A DNA stretch of 64,000 nucleotides, taken from positions 192,001 to 256,000 of the forward strand of contig OZ245002.1 of the NCBI GenBank assembly GCA_965223415.1. The letters are read 5' to 3'. Shown piece by piece: positions 1 to 10,384 of the stretch. The notes under the pieces are model-generated. The model did no database searches. It was given only the letters and a program-made list of their open reading frames with translations, and was not told where the DNA came from. Source of the stretch: Myxococcota bacterium. Its GTDB lineage: Bacteria; Myxococcota_A; UBA9160; UBA6930. The number at the start of each line of letters is the position of its first letter. The first letter of the stretch is position 1. The position numbers and the translations under genes were made by a program.

Positions 1-1154
<1,154 letters not shown>

Positions 1155-1158
<4 letters not shown>

Positions 1159-2183
1159 GCCAGCTCCGCCGGGAGATGCATGCGGAAGGTCGCGCCCTCG
1201 CCGGGGGCGCTCTCGAGCTGGAGCGTGCCGCCGTGGGCGGCTGCGGTCTTCTGGGCCTGGGCCAGGCCCACGCCGGAGCCCCGGGAACGGGTAGTGAAGA
1301 AGGGAGCGAAGATGCGATCGCGCAGCTCCGCGGGAACGCCCGGCCCGTTGTCGGCGACGACGAGGACGGCGCCGCCGCGTGTCGAGCCGACGGAGAGCTC
1401 GAGGCACGGCGCCTCGGTGCCCGCCTCCTCCATGGCCTGGATAGCGTTGACGATCAGATCGACGAGGGCGCGGCGAAGCTGCAGCTCGTCGACGAGGGCG
1501 CGGGGGCCGGAGGCCTCGGGTAGCCGGAGGGTCCCGCGATACGGCGCGCGGCGCGTGGCGCGGGCCGCGGCGTCGCGGACGAGCTCCGCCAGGTCGACCG
1601 GCGCCCGCTCGATGCCCTCGGGCCTCACGAAGGCCAGACAGGCGTCGACGGCGGCGCCGATGCGGCGTTGCTCGTCGAGCATCTCCTGCACCAGCTCCTG
1701 GCTCTCCGGGTCGTCGAGGCGGCGCTTCAGCAGGCCGCCGATCACCTCCATCGCCGCCAGCGGGTTGCGGATCTCGTGGGCGAGGCCGGCGGCCATCTGG
1801 CCCAGGGCCGCCAGCCGCTCCGCCAGGCGTTCCTGCTCGCTGGCGCGCTCGAAGGGCGTCAGGTCCTTGAAGAGCAGCGCCGCTCCGCCGCCGTCCCGGA
1901 GCGGCAGCAGGGTGAAGCCGATGGTCCGCCCGCTCCCCGCCAGGGAGAGCTCCGCCCGCGGGGGGTGGTCCCGCCCGGCCAGGGCCTCGCCCAGCAGACC
2001 GAGGAGCTCGGGCTCTTCCGCGAGCAGCTCGCCGGCGGCGCGCCCGACCCAGACGGAGGGATCGCCGGGCCGACCGAGCACCCGCAGCCCCTCGTCGCTC
2101 ACGACCTCGAGCCGGCCGTCCCCGTCCACGGCCAGCAGCCCGCTCCGCCACGAAGCGAGCAGCTGCTGCGCAAATCCACCCAC
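1155..2183 (-). CDS. Cytoplasmic sensor histidine kinase (PAS-like + HisKA + HATPase), partner of the adjacent NtrC-family regulator
   Basis: H-box [10 protein letters not shown]-box NAIQA, DNGPG, FAPFFTT, GSGVGL. GTGA overlap with the regulator. Confidence 0.9.
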
Positions 2184-2240
2184 CCGGGGCCCATCGGCCC
2201 CACACCCCCCGAGCCTGAGTTACGAAACCGAACTCGAATG

Positions 2241-2309
2241 AAGAAACGGGGCCAGAGTTGAGAATTCAGTTTCTCCGAAACTGAATTCTTAACTCTGGCC
2301 CCGTTTCTT
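2241..2309. repeat. 69-bp near-perfect palindrome (33-bp arms, 3-nt loop, 1 mismatch), REP/MITE-like or hairpin
   Basis: aagaaacggggccagagttgagaattcagtttc-tcc-gaaactgaattcttaactctggccccgtttctt. Abuts the Crp-gene stop codon. Confidence 0.9.
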
Positions 2310-2976
2310 AACTCGCCGGGACGAGGTAGCGCTTGCCCTCTTGGTCCAGCCAGCCGTTGCTCTTCAGCTCCTTGACCACGCGGGTGACGGTCTCGCGGGA
2401 GGTGCCGATCATGTCGGCGATCTGCTGGTGGGTGAGGGCTGGAGTGGAGAGGCGGCTGCCGTCGCCGTGGGGATCCTTCGCGAGGCGTTCGAGCAGGCCC
2501 TTGGTGCGGTCCTTCACGCGCTGGAAGGAGAGCGCGCTGGCCTGGTCGTTGACGGTGCGCAGGCGCCGCGAGAGCTCCTGGATCACGGCCATGGCCAGGT
2601 CCGGGCTCTTGCGGATCAGGCCCATGAAGTCGCCGCGGGAGAGCGCTAGCACGCGCACCGGCGTGAGCGTCTTCACCGAGGCGGAGCGCGGCGCCCGCTC
2701 GAGTAGCGCCATCTCACCGACGAAGGAGCCGGCGTCGAGGAAATCGAGGATCTTCTCGCGGCCGTCCTCGGACAGCTTGGTCACCTTCACCCGGCCATCC
2801 CGGAGGATGTACATGTAGTCGCCGGGCAGCCCCTCCTCGACGATCGTCGTGTTCCGCGGGTAGCGGCGCTCGATCAGGTGCGAGGCGATCTGGTCCAGAT
2901 CCCCATCGGCGACGTGGGAGAAGAGCGGAATGGAGCGGAGGGCCTCCAGCGTTCCCTGAGTGCTCGGGCTCGACAT
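2308..2976 (-). CDS. Crp/Fnr family transcriptional regulator (cNMP-binding + HTH)
   Basis: GEMALL...PRSASV cNMP pocket and LTHQQIADMIGTSRETVTR HTH. Start set at ATG 2976 (MSSPSTQ) after an AGGA-like RBS. Confidence 0.9.
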   Translation of the reverse strand: MSSPSTQGTLEALRSIPLFSHVADGDLDQIASHLIERRYPRNTTIVEEGLPGDYMYILRDGRVKVTKLSEDGREKILDFLDAGSFVGEMALLERAPRSASVKTLTPVRVLALSRGDFMGLIRKSPDLAMAVIQELSRRLRTVNDQASALSFQRVKDRTKGLLERLAKDPHGDGSRLSTPALTHQQIADMIGTSRETVTRVVKELKSNGWLDQEGKRYLVPAS

Positions 2977-3004
2977 GTTCCTGCCTTTCGGTCGAACGAC
3001 CCGA

Positions 3005-4093
3005 TTAGAGGAGATCGCGTCGTCCCGCCTCCCGCAAGAGCGACGCGATCTTCCGAACGTCACCGCTGCGCTCGAGATCCGCCACCAGAAGCGCGTCTCC
3101 CGCATCGATCACGGCCAGGCCGGAAACGCCCAAGAGCACCACGGGGCGGTCCGCCGCCCGAACCAGGTTCCCTTTGGAATCGCAGAGATACGCCTCGCCA
3201 TCTATGACCTTCGTCACATTCCGGCCCACCCCCAGCTCCTCGGCCAGGGACTGCCAGGTGCCCACGTCGCTCCAGCGGAAGCTCGCGGGCAGACACCACA
3301 CCCGACCGCTCCGTTCCAGCACGGCCTTGTCCACCGGCGCCGCCGGGACCCGGCGGTAGACCCGCTCGACGGCGAGGGTGGCCTCCCGGCCGCGCAGGGG
3401 CGCCTCGGCGAGCGGCGCCATGGCCCGGGCGATGGCCGGGGCACCGGCGGAGAGCTCCTCCAGGAAGGTCCCGGCGCGCCAGGCGAAGATCCCCGCGTTC
3501 CACAGGTAGCCGCCGGCGGCGAGCCAGCGCCGGGCCCGGGCCCGATCGGGCTTCTCGACGAAGCGGGCCACCCGGTGCAGACCCCGGTGGGGTGCGCCGA
3601 CCGCCTTGCCGAGCCGGATGTAGCCATAGCCCGTCTCCGGGCGGGTCGGCTCCACACCGAGGGTCACGAGCACCTCCTCGCGAGCCGCCGCCCGGGCGGC
3701 CCGGCGCATCGCGGCGGCGAAGGCGCGGCCGTCCGGGATGCGATGGTCCGCCGAGAGGACGGTCATCACGGCCTCCGGGGCCGACCGCGCGATCCGGTGG
3801 GCGGCCCAGGCGATCGCAGCGGCGGTGTTGCGCATGCGGGGCTCGACGAGCACACGGCTCGCCGGCAGTCCGGCCGCCTTTCGCATTGGCGCCGCGTGGT
3901 CGCGGCCGCAGACCAGCCAGATCTCGTCCGCGAAGCGGGCCGCCCGGGCCAGGGTCTCCTCGAGGAGCGTATGGCCACTGTCGACGCACAGCAGCGGCTT
4001 CGGCCAGGCCTGTCGGGACAGGGGCCAGAAGCGCGTCCCCGCGCCACCGGCCAGCACGACCGCGTGGATCGGAAGCTTCGAGCTCCCGCTCAT
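3005..4093 (-). CDS. manC: Mannose-1-phosphate guanylyltransferase (no fused PMI cupin domain)
   Basis: VVLAGGAGTRFWPLSR..PKP, PETGYGYI, FVEKPD, WNAGIF, WSDVGTW. ATG 4093 overlaps the ugd stop (ATGA). Confidence 0.92.
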   Translation of the reverse strand: MSGSSKLPIHAVVLAGGAGTRFWPLSRQAWPKPLLCVDSGHTLLEETLARAARFADEIWLVCGRDHAAPMRKAAGLPASRVLVEPRMRNTAAAIAWAAHRIARSAPEAVMTVLSADHRIPDGRAFAAAMRRAARAAAREEVLVTLGVEPTRPETGYGYIRLGKAVGAPHRGLHRVARFVEKPDRARARRWLAAGGYLWNAGIFAWRAGTFLEELSAGAPAIARAMAPLAEAPLRGREATLAVERVYRRVPAAPVDKAVLERSGRVWCLPASFRWSDVGTWQSLAEELGVGRNVTKVIDGEAYLCDSKGNLVRAADRPVVLLGVSGLAVIDAGDALLVADLERSGDVRKIASLLREAGRRDLL

Positions 4094-5400
4094 CGTCCGA
4101 CGGAGTGGTACTCGAAGCCGGCCGCCTGCATGGGCTTCGGGTCGTAGACGTTGCGCAGGTCCACGACCACGGGACGCCGGAGCTTCTGCCGCACGCGCTC
4201 CAGGTCGAGCATCCGGAACTGGTTCCACTCGGTGACGATCACGACCACGTCGGCGTCTTCGCAGGCCTCGTAGGCGTCCTTGCAGTAGGTGATCTCCGGC
4301 AGGACCTTCGCGGCCTCGCGCATCGCGACCGGATCGAAGGCGCGCACCACCGCGCCCTCGCCGGTGAGCCCCCTGGCGATGTCCACGGCCGGGGCGTCGC
4401 GCATGTCGTCGGTCTCGGGCTTGAAGGAGAGGCCCAGCAGGCCGACGGTCTTGCCGGCGAAGTCGCCGCCGGCGGCGGCGCGGATCTTGTCCACCATGCG
4501 GGTGCGCTGGCGCTCGTTCACCCGGATCACCGCCTCGACGATCTCCAGGTTCTGGCCCTTCTCCCGTGCGAAGAAGGCCGCCGACTGGGTGTCCTTCGGG
4601 AAGCAGCTGCCGCCGAAGCCCGGGCCCGCGTGGAGGAACTTCTTGCCGATCCGGCCGTCGAGGCCGATCCCCCGGGCGAGGGCCTGCACATCGCCGCCGA
4701 TGCCCTCGCACAGGTTCGCGAACTCGTTGATGAAGGAGATCTTGGTGGCGAGGAAGGCGTTCGCCGCGTACTTCGTCAGCTCGGAGGTCGCGATGTTCGT
4801 CATCACGAAGGGCGTCTCGTTCAGGTAGAGCGGACGGTAGAGATCCTTCATGATGGCCATCGCGGCCTCATCGTCGGCGCCGATCACGATTCGGTCGGGG
4901 CGCATGAAGTCGCGGATCGCCGCCCCTTCGCGGAGGAACTCCGGATTGGACGCCACCGAGAAGTCCACCTCACCGCCGGTCGCGTCGATCTCCGCCTGCA
5001 CCAGGTCCCGCACGTGGTAGGAGGTACCGACGGGCACGGTGCTCTTCGTGACGATCACCTTGTAGCCGTTGATCGCCTGGCCGATCTCCCGGGCGACCGC
5101 GTCGACGTAGGAGAGGTCGGTGCTGCCGTCCTCCTGGGGAGGCGTCCCCACGGCGATGAAGATCACCAGGGAGGAGCGGATGGCTTCGGCGGTCTCCGTC
5201 GTGAAGGAGAGCCGCCCTTCCCGCACGTTGCGCACCACCAGATCGTCGAGCCCGGGCTCGTAGATGGGGATCTCGCCCCGCTCGAGCATCTCGATCTTCT
5301 GGGCGTCCTTGTCGGCGCAGATCACCTTGACGCCGAACTCGGCGAAGCACGCGCCCGTCACCAGGCCCACGTATCCGGTCCCGATCACGCAGACGTTCAT
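4090..5400 (-). CDS. ugd: UDP-glucose 6-dehydrogenase
   Basis: GTGYVG, KSTVPVG, SNPEFLREG, KYAANAFLA, GFGGSCFPKD, FKPETDDMR. Confidence 0.93.
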   Translation of the reverse strand: MNVCVIGTGYVGLVTGACFAEFGVKVICADKDAQKIEMLERGEIPIYEPGLDDLVVRNVREGRLSFTTETAEAIRSSLVIFIAVGTPPQEDGSTDLSYVDAVAREIGQAINGYKVIVTKSTVPVGTSYHVRDLVQAEIDATGGEVDFSVASNPEFLREGAAIRDFMRPDRIVIGADDEAAMAIMKDLYRPLYLNETPFVMTNIATSELTKYAANAFLATKISFINEFANLCEGIGGDVQALARGIGLDGRIGKKFLHAGPGFGGSCFPKDTQSAAFFAREKGQNLEIVEAVIRVNERQRTRMVDKIRAAAGGDFAGKTVGLLGLSFKPETDDMRDAPAVDIARGLTGEGAVVRAFDPVAMREAAKVLPEITYCKDAYEACEDADVVVIVTEWNQFRMLDLERVRQKLRRPVVVDLRNVYDPKPMQAAGFEYHSVGR

Positions 5401-5470
5401 CGAGTGTCTCCCCCCAGGGCGCTCATCGGGCGTCGCCCCCGAAGACGCTCATCGAGCGTCGCCCCCGGCT
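5397..5470 (-). repeat. Three-copy 26-nt tandem repeat of the epimerase/ugd junction, encoding two ATGA-coupled mini-ORFs (5423-5452 MSVFGGDAR; 5397-5426 MSALGGDTR)
   Basis: Minus strand: gggggcgacgctcgATGAgcgtcttc / gggggcgacgcccgATGAgcgccct / ggggggagacactcgATGAacgtctgc. Confidence 0.85.
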
Positions 5471-6402
5471 TGCACCTTACGGAAATGGTCCATCGTGTGC
5501 CCCAGGCCAGCCTCGATCGAGGTGGCCGCCTCGAAGCCCAGGAGCTCCCGGGCGCGGGCGACGTCCGCCTGGCTGTCCCGCACATCGCCGGCCCGGGCCG
5601 GCTGGTGGACCGGGTCCACACCGCCCCCGCACAGCTCGCGAACGTGCCTCAACAGCTGGTTCAGGCTGATGCGCCCGCCGCCCGCCACGTTCATCACCTG
5701 GCCCACCGCGGGCTCGGCATCCGCCGCCAGCACGTTGGCCTCGACCACGTCCGCGACGTAGGTGAAATCCCGGGTCTGCTCGCCGTCGCCGAAGATCTGG
5801 GCCGGGCGTCCATCCAGGCAGGCGGTGACGAACTTCGGGATCACGGCGGCGTACTCGCTGTCCGGGTTCTGCCGCGGCCCGTACACGTTGAAGTAGCGGA
5901 GCGCGACCGTCTCGAGGCCGTAGAGCTCGGTGTAGAGGCGGCAGTACTGCTCGCCGGCGATCTTCTGGAGCGCGTAGGGCGACAGCGGCATCGGCGGCAT
6001 GGTCTCGACCTTCGGCAGCACCGGCGTGTCACCGTAGGCCGAGGAGGATGCCGCGAAGACCACACGCCGTACGCCGGCCCGGCGCGCCTGCTCGAGCACG
6101 GCCAGGGTCCCGTTCACGTTGACGTCGTTCGTGCGCTCCGGCTCGGCCACGCTCCGGGGCACCGAGGGCACCGCCGCCTCGTGGAACACGACCTCCACGC
6201 CGGCCACGGCCCGGGCCAGCAGGCTGCGATCCCGCACGTCCCCTTCGATCAGCTCCAGGCCCTGGCCGAAGCCGGCCAGGTTCTCGCGCCGGCCGCTCGA
6301 GAGGTCGTCGAGAACGCGCACCTCGCAGCCCAGGGCGAGAAGGCGCTCGGCCAGGTGACTCCCGATGAAGCCGGCGCCTCCGGTGACGAGTACGCGCCTC
6401 AT
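5449..6402 (-). CDS. NAD-dependent nucleotide-sugar epimerase (extended SDR; UDP-Glc/GlcNAc 4-epimerase, WbpP-like)
   Basis: TGGAGFIGSH, HEAAVPSVPRS, ASSSAYG, YALQK (YxxxK), RYFNVYGPRQ. Confidence 0.88.
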   Translation of the reverse strand: MRRVLVTGGAGFIGSHLAERLLALGCEVRVLDDLSSGRRENLAGFGQGLELIEGDVRDRSLLARAVAGVEVVFHEAAVPSVPRSVAEPERTNDVNVNGTLAVLEQARRAGVRRVVFAASSSAYGDTPVLPKVETMPPMPLSPYALQKIAGEQYCRLYTELYGLETVALRYFNVYGPRQNPDSEYAAVIPKFVTACLDGRPAQIFGDGEQTRDFTYVADVVEANVLAADAEPAVGQVMNVAGGGRISLNQLLRHVRELCGGGVDPVHQPARAGDVRDSQADVARARELLGFEAATSIEAGLGHTMDHFRKVQAGGDAR

Positions 6403-6434
6403 CGGGCACCGCCGGTGACGAGTGCCTTCCTCAT
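6399..6434 (-). other. 11-codon mini-ORF MRKALVTGGAR, ATGA-coupled to gmd upstream and the epimerase downstream
   Basis: 32-nt imperfect duplicate (26/32) of the epimerase 5' end (MRRVLVTGGA). Confidence 0.7.
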
Positions 6435-7435
6435 CGGGTGCCCGGTCCGCCCCGCCGGCGGCCGGTCTGGGCCTCCTGGGCCTCGAGATCGGCTTCGACC
6501 ATCACCCGCACGAGCTCCTCGAAGGGCGTCGTCGCGCGCCAGCCCAGCTCCTCCCGGGCCTTGGTCGGGTCCGCCAGCAGGGTCTCGACCTCCGCCGGCC
6601 GCAGGAAGGCCGGATCGACGCCCACGAAGTCCGCCGGGTCGAGACCGACGTGGGCGAAGGCCACATCGACGAACTCCTGGGGCGTGTGCTGCTCGCCGGT
6701 GCCGACGACGTAGTCCGCCGGCGTGTCCTGCTGGAGCATGCGCCACATGGCGTCGACGTACTCGCGCGCGTAGCCCCAATCCCGTTTCGAGTCCAGGTTG
6801 CCGAGGGGCAGCTCGTCGATCAGGCCGAGCTTGATCTTCGCCACGTGCTCGCTGATCTTGCGCGTCACGAACTCGCGTCCCCGCCGCGGCGACTCGTGGT
6901 TGAAGAGAATGCCGCTCACCGCGAAGAGGTCGTAGCTCTCCCGGTAGTTCACCGTGATGAAGTGCCCGTAGACCTTCGCCACCCCGTAGGGGCTGCGTGG
7001 ATAGAAGGGTGTGGCCTCGTTCTGGGGCGTCTCCAGCACCTTGCCGTACATCTCGGAGCTCGAGGCCTGGTAGAAGCGGATCGTCGGGTCGACGTTGCGC
7101 ACGGCCTCGAGCACCCGCGTCACGCCCAGGGCGGTGAACTCGCCGGTCAGGGTCGGCTGGACCCAGGAGGTGGGCACGAAGGACTGGGCTGCCAGGTTGT
7201 AGAGCTCGGCGGGTCGGACCTCCTGCACCAGGGACACGAGGGAGATCTGGTCGAGCAGATCGGCCTGGTGGAGCGTGATCTTGTCGCGCAGGTGGTGGAT
7301 GCGCTCGAAGTTCTCGGTGCTGGAGCGGCGCACGACGCCGTGCACCTCGTAGCCCTTGTCGAGCAGCAGCTCGGCCAGGTAGGAGCCGTCTTGCCCGGTG
7401 ATGCCCGTGATCAGGGCACGTCCCTCTGTCGTCAC
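6431..7435 (-). CDS. gmd: GDP-mannose 4,6-dehydratase
   Basis: ALITGITGQDGSYLAE, YNLAAQSFV, QASSSEMYG, PRSPYGVAK, NHESPRRG. GTG 7435 overlaps the wecA stop. Confidence 0.95.
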   Translation of the reverse strand: MTTEGRALITGITGQDGSYLAELLLDKGYEVHGVVRRSSTENFERIHHLRDKITLHQADLLDQISLVSLVQEVRPAELYNLAAQSFVPTSWVQPTLTGEFTALGVTRVLEAVRNVDPTIRFYQASSSEMYGKVLETPQNEATPFYPRSPYGVAKVYGHFITVNYRESYDLFAVSGILFNHESPRRGREFVTRKISEHVAKIKLGLIDELPLGNLDSKRDWGYAREYVDAMWRMLQQDTPADYVVGTGEQHTPQEFVDVAFAHVGLDPADFVGVDPAFLRPAEVETLLADPTKAREELGWRATTPFEELVRVMVEADLEAQEAQTGRRRGGPGTR

Positions 7436-8523
7436 TGGATCTCTCCTTCTGCCGGCTCGACCGGGGTGTGCTCCTCCTCCGGGACCCCACCGTCCAGGAT
7501 GCCGAGGTTGCGGACGATGCGGTACGTGAGCAGTGCGATCACGGCCAGGAACACGATCACCGCGTTGCCCTGGAGCCGGGTGAAGGAGACCGCGATCAGG
7601 CAGAAGCACGCGGTGAGGAAATAGATCGAGAGCACCGCCTGGCGTTGGGAGCCTTCGTGCTCCTTCAACAGGCGATGGTGCAGGTGCATCTTGTCGGCTT
7701 GCATGATGTGGGTGCGGTGCCGAAGGCGCCGCACGATCGAGAGGGTGGTGTCCAGGAGCGGAACGGCGAGGGCCAGGAGCGGCACCAGGAAGGTCAGCAG
7801 GGTGACCCTTCCGTAGCCCTCCAAGGCCAGGAGCGAGAGGCTGTAGCCGATGAAGAGCGCGCCGGTATCCCCGAGGAACATCCGCGCCGGCGGGAAGTTG
7901 TAGGGAAGGAATCCCAGAAGCGCACCCACCAGCACCAGGCCGAGTGCGACGCCGGGCGGGTGACCGGTCTGCCAGGCGATGACCGTGAGCGTGGCTGCGA
8001 TGATGGCCGAGACGCCGGTGCACAGACCGTCCAGACCGTCGATCAGGTTGACGGAGTTCGTCACGATGACGATCCAGGCCGTGGTCACGGCCCACGAGAG
8101 CCAGATCGGGAACTCGAGCACCGCCGCGTCGATGGGGCTCGAGACGTGATCGATCTTGTAGCCGGACTGGATGGCGATCGCGGCGGCACCGATCTGCACG
8201 ACCAGCTTCGGCCAGGCGCCGAGCCCCCAGCGGTCGTCGACGATGCCGAGCGCGAGCACGAGCAGGCCGCCGGCCAGGAGGCCCTCGATGCGGGGCGCCA
8301 CCTCGCCGGGATCGGGGTGGCTGAGCAGGACCGCCGCCAGCCCGGCGAGCACGCCCGTGGCCACGGCAACGCCGCCCAGCAGGGGGATGTTCTCCCGCTT
8401 GTTCACCTTCCGCTCGCTGGGCCGGTCGATCACGCCGAAGGCGAGCGCGAGCCGCGACACCAGCGGCGTCGACGTGGCCGCGAAGACCACGGCCAGAAGG
8501 AATGCGATCGGGGCCCAGATCAC
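7432..8523 (-). CDS. WecA/TagO-type undecaprenyl-phosphate HexNAc-1-phosphate transferase (MraY family)
   Basis: Polytopic membrane protein with PLLGG, GIVDD, NLIDGLDGL, FLGDTG and ADKMHLHH. Start set at GTG 8523. Confidence 0.9.
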   Translation of the reverse strand: MIWAPIAFLLAVVFAATSTPLVSRLALAFGVIDRPSERKVNKRENIPLLGGVAVATGVLAGLAAVLLSHPDPGEVAPRIEGLLAGGLLVLALGIVDDRWGLGAWPKLVVQIGAAAIAIQSGYKIDHVSSPIDAAVLEFPIWLSWAVTTAWIVIVTNSVNLIDGLDGLCTGVSAIIAATLTVIAWQTGHPPGVALGLVLVGALLGFLPYNFPPARMFLGDTGALFIGYSLSLLALEGYGRVTLLTFLVPLLALAVPLLDTTLSIVRRLRHRTHIMQADKMHLHHRLLKEHEGSQRQAVLSIYFLTACFCLIAVSFTRLQGNAVIVFLAVIALLTYRIVRNLGILDGGVPEEEHTPVEPAEGEIQ

Positions 8524-8546
8524 GTTCGGGGGGATCTCGTCTTCGG

Positions 8547-9458
8547 TCAGGCGAGCTGGCGAGCGTAGGGCCCGTAGGCCTCGCCCTCGTCGGCTCCGTT
8601 GAACACCACTCCGAGGATCTTGCGGCGATCCAGGACCTCGATGGCCGCAGCCGCTTCGGCTTCGGGCGTGAGATCGGCCCGGACGACGAAGATCACGCCG
8701 TCGCAGAGCTCGCTCACCGTCTTCGCGTCGGGCAGGCCCAGGGTGCAGGGCATGTCCAGGATCACGCGGTCGTAGCGGCCCGCCAGCTCCTCGAGGAGCG
8801 ACGCCATCTCCTGGGAGTCGAGCAGCTCGGCCGGGTTCGAGGGGATCTTGCGAACCGGAAGGACGTCGAGCTCGGAGCCGTCCACGCGGAGGATGGCCTC
8901 GCCCAGGTTCGCCTCGCCGGCGAGCACCTCGGCGAGGCCGGCGTCGGGGCGCAATCCTAGGGAGCGATGGACGGCGGGAAGCCGCAGGTCGCAGTCGACG
9001 AGCAGCACGCGCCGGTCGACGCTCATCGAGGTGACGACCGCCAGGGAAAGGGAGGACAGGGTCTTGCCCTCCCCGGCGCGGGCACTGGTCACGGCGAGGG
9101 TGCGGACGGGCGAGGTGGCGGCGATCGCGTCGATTCGCGCGCGCAGCGTGCGGAACTGCTCGGCCACGTAGGACTCGGGCTGCAGCAGGGCGATCCGTCG
9201 CTTGTTGAACTCGGCGGCGGAATCCTGCGGCAATGCGTCGGAGCGCTGGAAGAGGCGGGCGAGCCAGCCAGGCTTCGGCGCGGCGAGCGGCGCCGCCGCC
9301 GCAGACCGGGCGGCCGCGGGAACCGCAGCAGCGGGTGCCGGCGGCCGTGCCGCGGCGGGCTCGGGCAGCACCGGGGCAGCCGGCGCGCTCGCCACTTCGT
9401 TGACGTTCCTCGCTCGTTGCTCCTCCGCGCGTCGGAGAGCGTCGTACACCTTTCCCAT
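8547..9458 (-). CDS. CpsD/CapB-type bacterial tyrosine kinase (stand-alone Wzc C-terminal domain)
   Basis: AEQFRTLR, Walker A TSARAGEGKT, VLLVDCDLR, VILDMP, and a short C-terminal YGPY. Starts MGKVYDALRRAE. Confidence 0.88.
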   Translation of the reverse strand: MGKVYDALRRAEEQRARNVNEVASAPAAPVLPEPAAARPPAPAAAVPAAARSAAAAPLAAPKPGWLARLFQRSDALPQDSAAEFNKRRIALLQPESYVAEQFRTLRARIDAIAATSPVRTLAVTSARAGEGKTLSSLSLAVVTSMSVDRRVLLVDCDLRLPAVHRSLGLRPDAGLAEVLAGEANLGEAILRVDGSELDVLPVRKIPSNPAELLDSQEMASLLEELAGRYDRVILDMPCTLGLPDAKTVSELCDGVIFVVRADLTPEAEAAAAIEVLDRRKILGVVFNGADEGEAYGPYARQLA

Positions 9459-10366
9459 CACATTCCCCCTGTCTGACGCGACCGCAGCCAGCCGAGCAGG
9501 CGGCGTGGCTGGCGGGGCGCCTGGGTGGATTCGTCGGCCGCGCTCGTCTCGCGGTCGGTCGGCGTGAGATCCAGATCCCGGGCGACCTCGCGGATCGCGT
9601 CGGCACCGAGGATCTCCTGATCGCGACCGAAGCCGAGCAGCAGGGCTCCGTCGCAGACGATGTTGATCAGCCGCGGTGTCCCTTCGGTCACCCGGTGGAG
9701 CTCCCGCAGCGCGGCCTTCTTGAAGATGCCCTTGCCCGTGTAGCCGGCCAGCCGCAGTCGCTCTTCGACGTAGTCGGTGCACTCCTGCTCGGTGAACGGG
9801 CGGAGCCGGTGGCGCAGCACGATGCGCTGGCGGAGCTGCCGGAGCTCCGGGCGCGAGAGCATCTCCCACAGCTCCGGCTGACCGACCAGCATGATCTGGA
9901 TCAGCTTCGAGGTGGGCGTCTCGAGGTTCGAGAGCAGCCGGATCTCCTCGAGCATCTCCGGGGAGAGGTTCTGGGCCTCGTCCACGATCAGGAGCGTCGA
10001 GAGGTTCTTGCCGAGCCGATCGATCAGGAAGTGATTCAGTGTCAGGAGGTACTCGGCCTTGGTCCTGCACTCCTTCTCGATGCCGAACTCGTCGAACATC
10101 ACGTGGAAGAAGTCGAGGGGCTGCAGCCGGGGATTGAAGATGAAGGCCGAGAGGGTGTCCCGATCGAGCTGGGAGAGGAGCGCATGCAAAAGGGTCGTCT
10201 TGCCGGTCCCCACCTCGCCGGTGAGAAGGACGAAGCCCTTTCGCGCCTGCACACCGTAGACGAGCGTCGCCAGCCCCTCGCGGTGGGCGTCGCCCAGGTA
10301 GAGGAACGCCGGGTCCGGCGTCATCTCGAACGGGCTGCGAACCAGGCCGTAGTGCTCGTGATACAT
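9458..10366 (-). CDS. ExeA/GspA-type AAA ATPase (EPS / PEP-CTERM-locus type)
   Basis: PFEMTPDP, GEVGTGKTT, IVDEAQNL, LVGQPEL, QLRQRI, GTPRLIN. Confidence 0.9.
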   Translation of the reverse strand: MYHEHYGLVRSPFEMTPDPAFLYLGDAHREGLATLVYGVQARKGFVLLTGEVGTGKTTLLHALLSQLDRDTLSAFIFNPRLQPLDFFHVMFDEFGIEKECRTKAEYLLTLNHFLIDRLGKNLSTLLIVDEAQNLSPEMLEEIRLLSNLETPTSKLIQIMLVGQPELWEMLSRPELRQLRQRIVLRHRLRPFTEQECTDYVEERLRLAGYTGKGIFKKAALRELHRVTEGTPRLINIVCDGALLLGFGRDQEILGADAIREVARDLDLTPTDRETSAADESTQAPRQPRRLLGWLRSRQTGGM

Positions 10367-10384
10367 GGCGTCCTCGCGCTCCGC

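Noticed and set aside
5397..5470. CRISPR-like repeat-spacer array
   Set aside because: Only three degenerate ~20-nt units with 5-6-nt spacers, derived from flanking coding sequence, and no cas genes.
3592..6834. 1080-aa plus-strand ORF and other long antisense ORFs (70-2241, 9695-11914, 14626-16020, 17386-19620, 20418-23018, 53492-56752, 54465-57032)
   Set aside because: Shadow or off-frame ORFs over well-recognised genes. Stop codons are scarce in high-GC DNA and no protein motifs are present.
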